Source of the DNA: a virus
Taxonomy: Duplodnaviria; Caudoviricetes
Length of the DNA stretch: 25,295 nt
Virus record (IMG/VR): IMGVR_UViG_3300020045_000693
Span: 1 to 25,295 of that record
Direction: 5' to 3' (one strand)
A program made the translations under genes and the position numbers. The notes under the pieces were generated by a model. That model saw nothing but the letters and a program-made list of their open reading frames with translations, did no database searches and had not been told where the DNA came from. This document shows, piece after piece, positions 17,866 to 25,295 of this stretch (positions within the stretch are counted from its first letter, which is position 1; each line of letters begins with the position of its first letter).

Positions 17866-18186
17866 TCACAGCATGGACTTCCCTATTTCGGCTGCGGCAC
17901 GCACTATTGCGCGCCTGGCAGCTTTAAAAGGATTATTCCCCGCATCATTCATCCATTCAAAAATTGATTCTTCGCCAGTTGCATAGTCGGCACATGCCAC
18001 TCCACTGGATATGGTAATTCCTATCTCAAGATGAATGGCCAACCTTAGTGCATCGCCGTCATCTTCGAGTGGGTTCCATTCTGTAAATCGGTTTTCCTTA
18101 ACGTATTCAAACGATGGCCCCATCCATCCGCACTCTGGCAAATCAACAGCCTTTGCAGCTAGCTCTAAAAGTTCTCTATCATCCAT
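17866..18186 (-). CDS. Conserved phage hypothetical protein
   Basis: DRELLELAAKA, WNPLEDDGDALRLA and RRAIVRAAAEIG motifs; AAGGAG RBS. Confidence 0.8.
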   Translation of the reverse strand: MDDRELLELAAKAVDLPECGWMGPSFEYVKENRFTEWNPLEDDGDALRLAIHLEIGITISSGVACADYATGEESIFEWMNDAGNNPFKAARRAIVRAAAEIGKSML

Positions 18187-18417
18187 CAAATTCTCCTTAA
18201 TGCGGAACCGATTCCGCTTTTAACCGTTTCACACTACGGAAACCCGCATGAATAGGGGATTTCCGAATCATAGGCTTTGTTACCGAGTCAGCACCTGCCC
18301 ATGTTGGGATTTTCTTGACGAAAAGGGTGCAAACCAGTCATTCTACGCACTGTATGCATACCCATAGACCCAATATCCATGCGGGTTCCAGCGCAGTGCA
18401 AGCATCGCATGCTTCAT

Positions 18418-18472
<55 letters not shown>

Positions 18473-18507
18473 ATAGACACGCCGTCTAGTGCTATCAAAA
18501 TCATAGC

Positions 18508-19506
18508 CTAGGCGGCTTTTCTTTTTGCCTTGTTGGGGTTTTTCTGCCCAATTGTCGCAATGGCATCTGTCAGGGCATCTGTCGCAAGGTGGGCGTAACG
18601 CTTGGTAGACCGTGCATCCTTGTGTCCCAGAACCGCCCCCACCGTGTAAAGGTCTATCCCCTCGTTAATCATGGCCGACGCCGTAGAGTGGCGCAAATCA
18701 TGGAAGTGGAAGTGCTCTAGACCTGCCTTGTTCCTCGCCCTTGTCCATGCCGTCTGCACCGTGATACGCGGCAGCTTCTTAAACTTTCTGGCGCAAACTG
18801 CCACCTTAGGGTGAATTGGGACAATGCGCGGATCGCCGTTCTTTGTGTCGCGCAGCACCCATGCCGTGCCGACCACCTCCGCCCGCAGAAGCTCCCCCAA
18901 TCTCATTCCACTGTAAAACCCCATGCGAATCGCCATCCGTGCCATTGGGTTGGTACACAGTCTGGCAATCTTCAGCATCTGCGCACGACTGGCGTACTCA
19001 TGGCGCTCGTTTCGCACCTCTGGGACTGTCACCCTAGCAGCCGGGTCTGTCTCCCCCATGCCGTGATTCTTCCATCCCCACCGACATGCCGCAGTCAGAT
19101 ACCTGATGCGCAGCTTGATGCTGGCAGGGGCTAGGGGCGTCTTTCCATCATCCTTGGTGGAACTTAGCCTGTACGCCTTGCAAACGTCTGCCAGAGCCTC
19201 TAGCGGCCTTCCTTGGTAGTACGGCAGGATCAATGCAAGTTCCCTACGCACGTTCTCTGCCGTCTTGAGCTTTGGCACTCTTTCAGTCAGGTAGCTAACG
19301 ACAGCATCCTCGATGGTGAACTCTGCCCGCTGGACTCTTGTTGCGATTGCGTAGAGCCTTGCTGACTCTTGCCTATCGTATGCATCAGCCTGGGCTTGAT
19401 TCCAAGTGCGCGGAAGGTGCTTAACAGCGCGGATTCTTTTGCCTTCAATCTGACGGTCGAACTCAAAGCAGAAACAACCTCTCTTTTTATTGCGATAGAT
19501 CGGCAT
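18508..19506 (-). CDS. int: Tyrosine integrase
   Basis: GMRLGEL (R), TKNG (K), HDLRH, LGH and RYAH (Y) motifs. Confidence 0.95.
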   Translation of the reverse strand: MPIYRNKKRGCFCFEFDRQIEGKRIRAVKHLPRTWNQAQADAYDRQESARLYAIATRVQRAEFTIEDAVVSYLTERVPKLKTAENVRRELALILPYYQGRPLEALADVCKAYRLSSTKDDGKTPLAPASIKLRIRYLTAACRWGWKNHGMGETDPAARVTVPEVRNERHEYASRAQMLKIARLCTNPMARMAIRMGFYSGMRLGELLRAEVVGTAWVLRDTKNGDPRIVPIHPKVAVCARKFKKLPRITVQTAWTRARNKAGLEHFHFHDLRHSTASAMINEGIDLYTVGAVLGHKDARSTKRYAHLATDALTDAIATIGQKNPNKAKRKAA

Positions 19507-19652
19507 GACGTTTTGTACTCCTGAACTTCTGCTGAGTCGAAAATGATACGCTTACCCACCCGGTAGCAGGGGATTGGGCCGTTTGGCGCTGCCAGTTGAT
19601 AAACCATGCGCGGGGATATGCCGAGCAGTTCGGCTGCATCTTGGACGTTCAT
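19287..19652 (-). CDS. xis: Excisionase-like HTH protein
   Basis: MNVQDAAELLGISPRMVYQLA...IPCYRVGKRIIF; ATG 19652 after GGAGG; immediately upstream of and overlapping int. Confidence 0.8.
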   Translation of the reverse strand: MNVQDAAELLGISPRMVYQLAAPNGPIPCYRVGKRIIFDSAEVQEYKTSCRSIAIKREVVSALSSTVRLKAKESALLSTFRALGIKPRLMHTIGKSQQGSTQSQQESSGQSSPSRMLSLAT

Positions 19653-19771
19653 TTCCCCTCCAACTGCTGCTTTGTAAACAGCGGCTCCCACAAATGCGCG
19701 TAATCCGGATGCGGCGGCTCTGATCTAACCAGGCGCGGCTCCCTGATGTTTCTCCATGCTGCTGGTGTCAT
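19649..19771 (-). CDS. 40-aa hypothetical protein
   Basis: MTPAAWR...WEPLFTKQQLEGK; ATGA-coupled at both ends. Confidence 0.6.
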   Translation of the reverse strand: MTPAAWRNIREPRLVRSEPPHPDYAHLWEPLFTKQQLEGK

Positions 19772-19980
19772 TTCCCCACCCCCTGAATCCCACGCAGCGC
19801 AGAGAGGTCTGACATATCCTCGCCAGGATGCGCCAAATGATCGCTCGGCACAATTGCGCCGCATTTATCGCATTTCCAGATGGATCGCTTGTACCCATAT
19901 TCGATGATTTCATCCCCGTAGATGTTGCGTACAAAGATCACTTTATAGTGCTTGCAAAACAGTCGTTTCAGCCAGTTCAT
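19768..19980 (-). CDS. Small Cys/His protein
   Basis: MNWLKRLFCKH...WKCDKCG; ATGA-coupled. Confidence 0.7.
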   Translation of the reverse strand: MNWLKRLFCKHYKVIFVRNIYGDEIIEYGYKRSIWKCDKCGAIVPSDHLAHPGEDMSDLSALRGIQGVGK

Positions 19981-20285
19981 AGACTTTCTCCACGCGCACG
20001 GATGGCTTTAAGTGAAAATGCTTTGCGCAAGTTCTCTCTCCACCAATAGCCACGGCGCTTCTTTGGGTGGACTTCTCCAAACCACACGCCTTCAAGGTCG
20101 CCACTCCCATACAGGAATTGCAGCATTTCCTCTTGTGCATCACTTAGTGTTCTTGCCGCTACTCCCGCAGCGTAAGCGGCTTGCATCTGGGCGGCGGTGT
20201 AGAACGGGTGCAGTGGTTTATCACTCCGCACTTCGTATTTGGCTTCTGGCAGACAGATGGCTGCCTCAGGCAATTGATAGGTCAT
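19977..20285 (-). CDS. Hypothetical early protein
   Basis: YTAAQMQAAYAAG and AIRARGE motifs; ATGA-coupled. Confidence 0.7.
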   Translation of the reverse strand: MTYQLPEAAICLPEAKYEVRSDKPLHPFYTAAQMQAAYAAGVAARTLSDAQEEMLQFLYGSGDLEGVWFGEVHPKKRRGYWWRENLRKAFSLKAIRARGESL

Positions 20286-20527
20286 GGCTTTGCTCCTTCA
20301 ACAACATTGAACCGATGCCACGGGTACGGCTCAGACCTGTCCTCAACGATATGCCCATCGCGCTCTAGAATGTCAATGCATCCGCGCAGCCATGCATGTT
20401 CGCTCATGTCCCACGTTGATACTCGGGGATGTTTTGCAAGCACTGCAAGCACCCTGTTGGGCGTCCGGTGCGCTGGTTTTAGGTCGGATGCCACGCCGCT
20501 AAAACTGTCTATGAATACGCCGTTCAT
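20282..20527 (-). CDS. Hypothetical early protein
   Basis: ATGA-coupled in the operon chain. Confidence 0.65.
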   Translation of the reverse strand: MNGVFIDSFSGVASDLKPAHRTPNRVLAVLAKHPRVSTWDMSEHAWLRGCIDILERDGHIVEDRSEPYPWHRFNVVEGAKP

Positions 20528-20751
20528 ACATCCCCCCGAATCTTGCTCTCGATAGCGCGGGCGAACTCGTAAGGCGTCATTGCTTCTGCGCTGATGACAA
20601 CTGAGTAAATCTCCGCATCAGTCAGTCGTTGCTCATCCTTTGCTTGGGGTGCGTCGGCGAGTGAATCGAGCGCGGTGCTGAATTCTGCGTAATCGTCATC
20701 ATCAAGGTTGTTTCGCAAGAAACGATCAATCATGTTGTATTCGTATGTCAT
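20524..20751 (-). CDS. Hypothetical early protein
   Basis: ATG 20751; LTDAEI...FARAIESKIRG motif. Confidence 0.7.
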   Translation of the reverse strand: MTYEYNMIDRFLRNNLDDDDYAEFSTALDSLADAPQAKDEQRLTDAEIYSVVISAEAMTPYEFARAIESKIRGDV

Positions 20752-21383
20752 TTCTGCTCCCACTTATCTGGAAAGTATTGACTGCACTCAAAGCACACCA
20801 TCTCATAGACTTTGACCACAGGATTCTTGCCTTGGACGCAGTGCTTGCATGTATCGCATGAATTCATCTGCTCCTGCACCGGCTCGGCCTTTGGCTCACT
20901 TGGCTGCGCTACTTTCCGATGCCAATACCCTCTGCCGTCACAGTCAGGGCACTCATCGTGGCTAGTCGCATTGATGTTGTCCCCACCAAGGGTGTTATCT
21001 ACAGTGCCACCGCCTTCGCATGTATCGCACCAGACTTGCACAGGCTCCTGCGCTTCCATAGATGGCTCACTTGGCTGCGCGTAAAGTGCCCGAACTTCAT
21101 ATACAACCTTGCCTTCATACCTGTACGCCTCAAGCTCATCAATTCGATCTTGCACAGTACCCATATACGGATTGCGCGGCTCCAGTAGTTTCCAGTCCAT
21201 CAAGCCAACATCGTCTGGGTTGTTGTTCGGATTAAGCCAGCGGTACTGGTACAGCACAGGCTCCTGCGCTTCCATAGATGCGATGAGTGTGTCCAGCTCG
21301 TCAGCGGCTTTCCAGTGATGCGGCTTTCCGTTCCAGCGCAAAGCACCAGATACAGCCCGCAGGGTGGTGAGTGTGTTGTTCAT
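20748..21383 (-). CDS. Modular early protein with two Cys-rich modules and repeated linkers
   Basis: CDTCEG..CPDCDG and CDTCKHC..CFEC modules separated by SMEAQEPV / AQPSEP linkers. Confidence 0.75.
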   Translation of the reverse strand: MNNTLTTLRAVSGALRWNGKPHHWKAADELDTLIASMEAQEPVLYQYRWLNPNNNPDDVGLMDWKLLEPRNPYMGTVQDRIDELEAYRYEGKVVYEVRALYAQPSEPSMEAQEPVQVWCDTCEGGGTVDNTLGGDNINATSHDECPDCDGRGYWHRKVAQPSEPKAEPVQEQMNSCDTCKHCVQGKNPVVKVYEMVCFECSQYFPDKWEQK

Positions 21384-21640
21384 TTCAGGCTACCTCGTTC
21401 TATATTGATCGTCACTGAGCTAAGTGAAGGACCGTTCTTCGCTTGACAAAGCCTTGCACCATCACACCCGCAATCGGGGAAGCTGCAATGGTCGAATGCA
21501 CTTCCGTCTTTTGGGTTTCCGTACTGGTCAACTCCGACCCAACTCGGGTATGAATCGGAGTGGATACAGGTTTTGCAAGTATCACCATCCTCCGGCGCGT
21601 CGATGTGGTAACAGGTCGAGCAGTCTTGTGTGTCAGCCAT
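21380..21640 (-). CDS. Small Cys-rich protein
   Basis: ATG 21640 after GGAGG; CSTC..CKTC..CSFPDCGCDGARLC. Confidence 0.7.
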   Translation of the reverse strand: MADTQDCSTCYHIDAPEDGDTCKTCIHSDSYPSWVGVDQYGNPKDGSAFDHCSFPDCGCDGARLCQAKNGPSLSSVTINIERGSLK

Positions 21641-21950
21641 TGGTGGCCTCCTTTGTGAGTGCTGCGTCAATTGCGGCGTCGAGTTCTTCATTGCGGGGTA
21701 AATAACCGGTAGTTGTCCAAGTGCACGGTACAAGGATTACTTCATCGTTGTCACCATGACGCAACCACCGATACCGTTCTGCAGCTTCCCGCAGCACCTT
21801 GTTTTCCGCAGCCAGCGACTCAATCACCCGGTGCAGTTGCGCAATCTCCTGCTTGAGAAAATGCACCTGTTCATCCAGCAGATTGCGCTGCGACTCAAGC
21901 TGAGATTCACGCGATGGCTGGCGGTCTGTTGTGCGGCGGCGGGGTGTCAT
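21633..21950 (-). CDS. Coiled-coil protein with an AERYRWLR motif
   Basis: Coiled coil followed by AAERYRWLR...LDAAIDAAL. Confidence 0.7.
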   Translation of the reverse strand: MTPRRRTTDRQPSRESQLESQRNLLDEQVHFLKQEIAQLHRVIESLAAENKVLREAAERYRWLRHGDNDEVILVPCTWTTTGYLPRNEELDAAIDAALTKEATNG

Positions 21951-22156
21951 GCGAACTCCTTAATTCGTGTCACAGCGTCAATAAGCTTCTCGCGACTGCC
22001 AGGAACAAACTTGCTCGGTACCGCATGTTCTTCCAAAGCTGTGAGAGCCAATAGCAGAGCAGCCTTTTGCAGAAAGACTTGCTCGATCAGATCGTCCATG
22101 TTGTTCTGGAGCATCTTGTATTTTTCGTGCCACATGATTTCGGTTTGTGTACTCAC
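21947..22156 (-). CDS. Hypothetical early protein
   Basis: ATGA-coupled to ssb and to the next gene. Confidence 0.65.
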   Translation of the reverse strand: MSTQTEIMWHEKYKMLQNNMDDLIEQVFLQKAALLLALTALEEHAVPSKFVPGSREKLIDAVTRIKEFA

Positions 22157-22644
22157 ATCACGCTCCAGCGATTGCCGCGCAGTGGGTTGGCAAATGGAAT
22201 GTCATCGTCCATGTCCTCAAATCCACCAGAGTTAGAACGTGCTGGGCGTGATGTACCACCAGCCTGCGACTTTGGGTCTTCTGGTGCCTGGCGTTGTGCC
22301 GGTTGCTGGTCACGGTTGCCAAGCAGTTGCAACTCAGTTGCCACAATGTCGCAAGTTGCCTTTTCCACTCCGGCCTGATCGGTGTATTTGCCATACTTCA
22401 AGCGGCCTTCAACGTAGATAGGTTGTCCCTTCTTGACGTACTCGCCTGCAATCTCTGCCAGACGTTCATAGAAGGTTACGCGATGCCATTGGGTATCTTC
22501 CAGCGTTTCGCCTGTGTTCTTATCCTTGCGCTTGGTGCTGGTTGCAATGCTGATGTTCGCCACTGCTTTGCCGTCTGGCATGTAGCGCATTTCAGGATCA
22601 CGGCCACAATTGCCGAGCAGTATTACTTTGTTCACGGATGCCAT
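22153..22644 (-). CDS. ssb: Single-stranded DNA-binding protein
   Basis: MASVNKVILLGN.GRDPE.RY, WHRV, VEGRL and DDDIPF motifs. Confidence 0.96.
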   Translation of the reverse strand: MASVNKVILLGNCGRDPEMRYMPDGKAVANISIATSTKRKDKNTGETLEDTQWHRVTFYERLAEIAGEYVKKGQPIYVEGRLKYGKYTDQAGVEKATCDIVATELQLLGNRDQQPAQRQAPEDPKSQAGGTSRPARSNSGGFEDMDDDIPFANPLRGNRWSVM

Positions 22645-22646
22645 AT

Positions 22647-23267
22647 TTATGCTGCCTTTTTCATATCGTTGAGTTGCAAAACCATCTTGTCGAGTTCGTC
22701 TAGGAATTCAGTTACTTCTTTTTCCATCAGCTTGATAAGCACATCGTCACGGTTCACCCGAGTGACGAACAGTTGCAGATGTTCTGGAAAGCGTGGGTCA
22801 AAGCTCACAAAGTCGCACCATGCGCGTTTGGCGCAAGCCATCTGCCACATCATCTGATTGATGTACTTACCAGCAGGCTTTCCAGACAGCAGGGTTTGCA
22901 TGTGTGTGGCGCTGTTGGGGCATTTGATTTCCAGCATTCCAGGAGTCCCCACAAGCCCATCAGGAGAGGCTCCAGCCATCGCAATGACAGGGTGAGGGAT
23001 CATTCCAACTTCTTGCACCAGTTCGCCCGTCTGAGCCTCATATGCGGCACGTGCAAGGGGTTCAGTCTCAGTCCCCCAGCGCATTGCGTCATTCACAAAG
23101 CACTCTTGTCGTGCGCCTGTGATGCGCTCAAGTGCGAGTTCCACCATGTAGTTTTCGCGGCTGGTGCTGTAGCCTGATTTGGTCTTGGCAATCACATCAG
23201 ACACGCGGCTGGCGGTCACTTTGCCAAGACGTTGCAGGAACCATTCGGGGGAGCCTTGTACGATCAT
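22647..23267 (-). CDS. exo: Lambda-Exo/YqaJ-like exonuclease
   Basis: QGSPEW...RLGKVTAS, WG..TEP.AR, ASPDG, LEIKCP and Y..QM..QM motifs. Confidence 0.92.
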   Translation of the reverse strand: MIVQGSPEWFLQRLGKVTASRVSDVIAKTKSGYSTSRENYMVELALERITGARQECFVNDAMRWGTETEPLARAAYEAQTGELVQEVGMIPHPVIAMAGASPDGLVGTPGMLEIKCPNSATHMQTLLSGKPAGKYINQMMWQMACAKRAWCDFVSFDPRFPEHLQLFVTRVNRDDVLIKLMEKEVTEFLDELDKMVLQLNDMKKAA

Positions 23268-24025
23268 TGCATCACCTCGCCAGTCTCTGCATCAACAACA
23301 ACAGACTGCTGCGCGGCAGATTTCAACGCTGCTTGGTGCTTTTGCCAGAATGCAGTCTTGTCTGATCCTTTTGGAAGGGCCGCAAATGCCTCTTGCAAGG
23401 CCGCAGGGCCATTCATGGCAGCTTCGCGCATTGGTTGCAGGTGTTCGTCTTCAAACGCCTGATACGTTTCTTGTACGCCTTCTGTGACAAGCTTTTCTGC
23501 GCGTGTCATCGTTGCTTCTTCAATGCGCTTGGCTTCGTCTTCGTCATAGATGCCAGAGAATCCAAAGGCCAGTCGAGCACACTGGATCATGGCCTTATGT
23601 CGCAGCATCCGATAAGGGTGAGTGGTCCAGGGTCCAGCACCGCGCTTGCACTCTGCCATCCACTCTGTAACCTTGATCGGATGGCTACGGTCCTTGCGGT
23701 AGATGGTGCAAGTGCAGCTTTCAGAGTCCTGCGCAAAGTCCATCCCATCAAACTCTGCGCGGCTGTTAATGATGCGACTCCAGCCGTCAACACCGACAAC
23801 AGGGACGATGCCGTTTTGCTTGTCAGGGAATGCGTAGATTTCCTTTGTCCAAGGGTTCAGTCCGTACTGGTTGGCGACAATCAGCAAGGCAGTCATTTGC
23901 GCGTCAGTCACTTGCACAGCGCCCTTGAAGCAAGTTGCCTTGAGGACTGGCAGAAGTTCTGCGCCATCGCCCATGTTGAAAGTTGCTGCCAGCTTTGTGG
24001 TCAGCGTTGTTAGTGCGGTACTCAT
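23264..24025 (-). CDS. bet: Lambda Red-beta-like single-strand annealing protein
   Basis: LLIVANQYGLNPWTKEIYAFPDKQNGIVPVVGVDGWSRIIN and RMLRHKAMIQCARLAFGF motifs. Confidence 0.95.
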   Translation of the reverse strand: MSTALTTLTTKLAATFNMGDGAELLPVLKATCFKGAVQVTDAQMTALLIVANQYGLNPWTKEIYAFPDKQNGIVPVVGVDGWSRIINSRAEFDGMDFAQDSESCTCTIYRKDRSHPIKVTEWMAECKRGAGPWTTHPYRMLRHKAMIQCARLAFGFSGIYDEDEAKRIEEATMTRAEKLVTEGVQETYQAFEDEHLQPMREAAMNGPAALQEAFAALPKGSDKTAFWQKHQAALKSAAQQSVVVDAETGEVMQ

Positions 24026-24035
24026 TTCAATTTCC

Positions 24036-24203
24036 TTATTTCACCGGAACCAAAGTTCCAAAATCGTCAACCACTGCATACCCGCTATGTCCCCATGCGC
24101 TCAGTGCGCAAACGTGCCAGCGCAGTCCAGACCGGCTCAGGGTGTTCATGTAAGCCCAGCAGTAGTTGCTGTTGTTTCCACAATCGTCATATGCGTTTGA
24201 CAT
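24036..24203 (-). CDS. 55-aa hypothetical protein (absent from the ORF track)
   Basis: GGAG RBS; MSNAYDDCG...VDDFGTLVPVK; fills the operon gap. Confidence 0.65.
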   Translation of the reverse strand: MSNAYDDCGNNSNYCWAYMNTLSRSGLRWHVCALSAWGHSGYAVVDDFGTLVPVK

Positions 24204-24212
24204 GTCAATCTC

Positions 24213-24482
24213 CTAGTAGTTACAGCGCAGCACAGTTAGATAAAGTGGAGCAGCCATAGTCATCAGCATTTCTCGCGCTTTTCTGTTTTGCTTCAAATCA
24301 TCTCCAACATAGAACCACTGCAATTCGCCCATGCTGTAAGCGTTCTTATTGGTCTTGTGATCTTCTGCAATCACATCTGCCAACTTGTCAAAGAATTGAA
24401 CTTGCTGGCTTGATCCCATTGCCCAGAATGCTTGTGCAAGCATCTCTGGCGTTATGTTTACTTCTGCTGTTGCTGTTGTCAT
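24213..24482 (-). CDS. Hypothetical early protein
   Basis: ATG 24482 after AGGA; ITPEMLAQAFW.M.S.QQ..FF. Confidence 0.7.
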   Translation of the reverse strand: MTTATAEVNITPEMLAQAFWAMGSSQQVQFFDKLADVIAEDHKTNKNAYSMGELQWFYVGDDLKQNRKAREMLMTMAAPLYLTVLRCNY

Positions 24483-24490
24483 GTCAATTC

Positions 24491-24589
24491 CTAGTAAATG
24501 CCGCGCACACAGCGCCATGCGTCTTTGATAGCGTTCCGAACAGTGAAACCAACGGAGCGGCGATAGAGGTAAATCCTTAGAAGCGTCAT
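24491..24589 (-). CDS. 32-aa basic peptide MTLLRIYLYRRSVGFTVRNAIKDAWRCVRGIY (absent from the ORF track)
   Basis: AGGAGG RBS; fills the gap between its neighbours. Confidence 0.6.
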   Translation of the reverse strand: MTLLRIYLYRRSVGFTVRNAIKDAWRCVRGIY

Positions 24590-24598
24590 CACATCCTC

Positions 24599-25295
24599 CT
24601 AGTAGTTTTCAGCTTCGATTCGGGTGATAAAGAAGTGAATGCCGTTTGCACACTCTTCTTTCCAGTCATCAGAGAACGAATCAGGCTTGACGGTTTCGCC
24701 TTTGCGGTATTCCGTCTTTTCATCGTGATTGCTGATGCCAACATCTGCGCCAATGACTTGCAAGACTTTTGCGTATTCAGCGCGGCACTTACGTCCGAAA
24801 GCATGTGAGCGCTTTGCCTTAGCTGGGATTTGCAATTTGACGATCACGCCATTCATGCACTTTTTCCATCCGATCAACTGGCCTTCAGCCAAGATGCGGG
24901 TTTGTGCAATGGCGTATTCAGCATCCTTGGCACCTCTCAGGTTGGCACCTCTCAGGTTGGCACCGCTCAGGTTGGCACCGCTCAGGTTGGCACCTCTCAG
25001 GTTGGCACCTCTCAGGTTGGCACCGCTCAGGTTGGCATAGCTCAGGTTGGCACCGCTCAGGTTGGCATAGCTCAGGTTGGCACCGCTCAGGTAGGCACCG
25101 CTCAGGTAGGCACCGCTCAGGTTGGCACCGCTCAGGTTGGCATCGCTCAGGTAAGCACCGCTCAGGTTGGCACCGCTCAGGTAAGCACAGCTCAGGTTGG
25201 CATCGCCCAGGTAGGCACCGCCCAGGTTGGCATAGCCGAGTTAAGCACCGCTCAGGTTGGCATCATTCAGGTTGGCATCAGCTGCCACAGCATTC
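24599..25295 (-). pseudogene. Pentapeptide-repeat protein with a DUF5758-like C-terminus; 5'-truncated by the window and interrupted by TAA
   Basis: A(N/Y)LxG repeats are in frame with GWKK...IVKL.IP..AKRS...RKCRA..A.V...GIHFFITR. In-frame TAA at 25241-25243. Confidence 0.8.
24932..25276. repeat. 23 tandem 15-bp units encoding the pentapeptide repeats
   Basis: Consensus ACCGCTCAGGTTGGC (+ strand); 345 bp with no indels. Confidence 0.95.

Noticed and set aside
18350-18365. LexA/SOS box CTGTATGCATACCCAT
   Set aside because: The right half lacks the conserved CAG and no clear regulated promoter overlaps it; too weak to call.
25241-25243. Stop-codon reassignment
   Set aside because: TAA terminates many clear genes here (capsid, adaptor, phosphoesterase), and no other gene has internal stops.
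24932-25276. CRISPR array or DGR variable region
   Set aside because: No spacers; the units are 15-bp coding repeats. Substitutions are not adenine-restricted, and there is no reverse transcriptase or template repeat in the window.

Overview
The whole window is part of a temperate, short-tailed (podovirus-like) dsDNA phage genome, probably infecting a betaproteobacterium (inferred from the SSB and tRNA-Ser sequences). Phage genes lie on both sides of an intact attP, so this looks like the non-integrated form. The + strand (1-17450) carries the late operon: SGNH esterase, scaffold, major capsid protein, a free-standing HNH-type endonuclease, decoration/adaptor/tail proteins, several ejection-type proteins, a tail fibre, a lysis cassette, and a terminal HEXXH protein / metallophosphoesterase / ADP-ribosyltransferase-like trio. 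The - strand (17574-25295) carries early genes: a pentapeptide-repeat gene with an in-frame TAA, bet/exo/ssb, many small ORFs, xis, a tyrosine integrase, attP (3' half of tRNA-Ser(CGA)) and two further genes beyond attP. Best leads: (1) a two-part 'low-complexity leader + ART fold' candidate virion-delivered effector; (2) a homing-endonuclease cassette with its own promoter, an RBS-sequestering hairpin and an apparently recoded capsid 3' end; (3) an unannotated 30-aa antisense membrane peptide behind the last ejection gene; (4) a modular gene built from exact repeat linkers. All family assignments come from reading motifs by eye; no searches were run.
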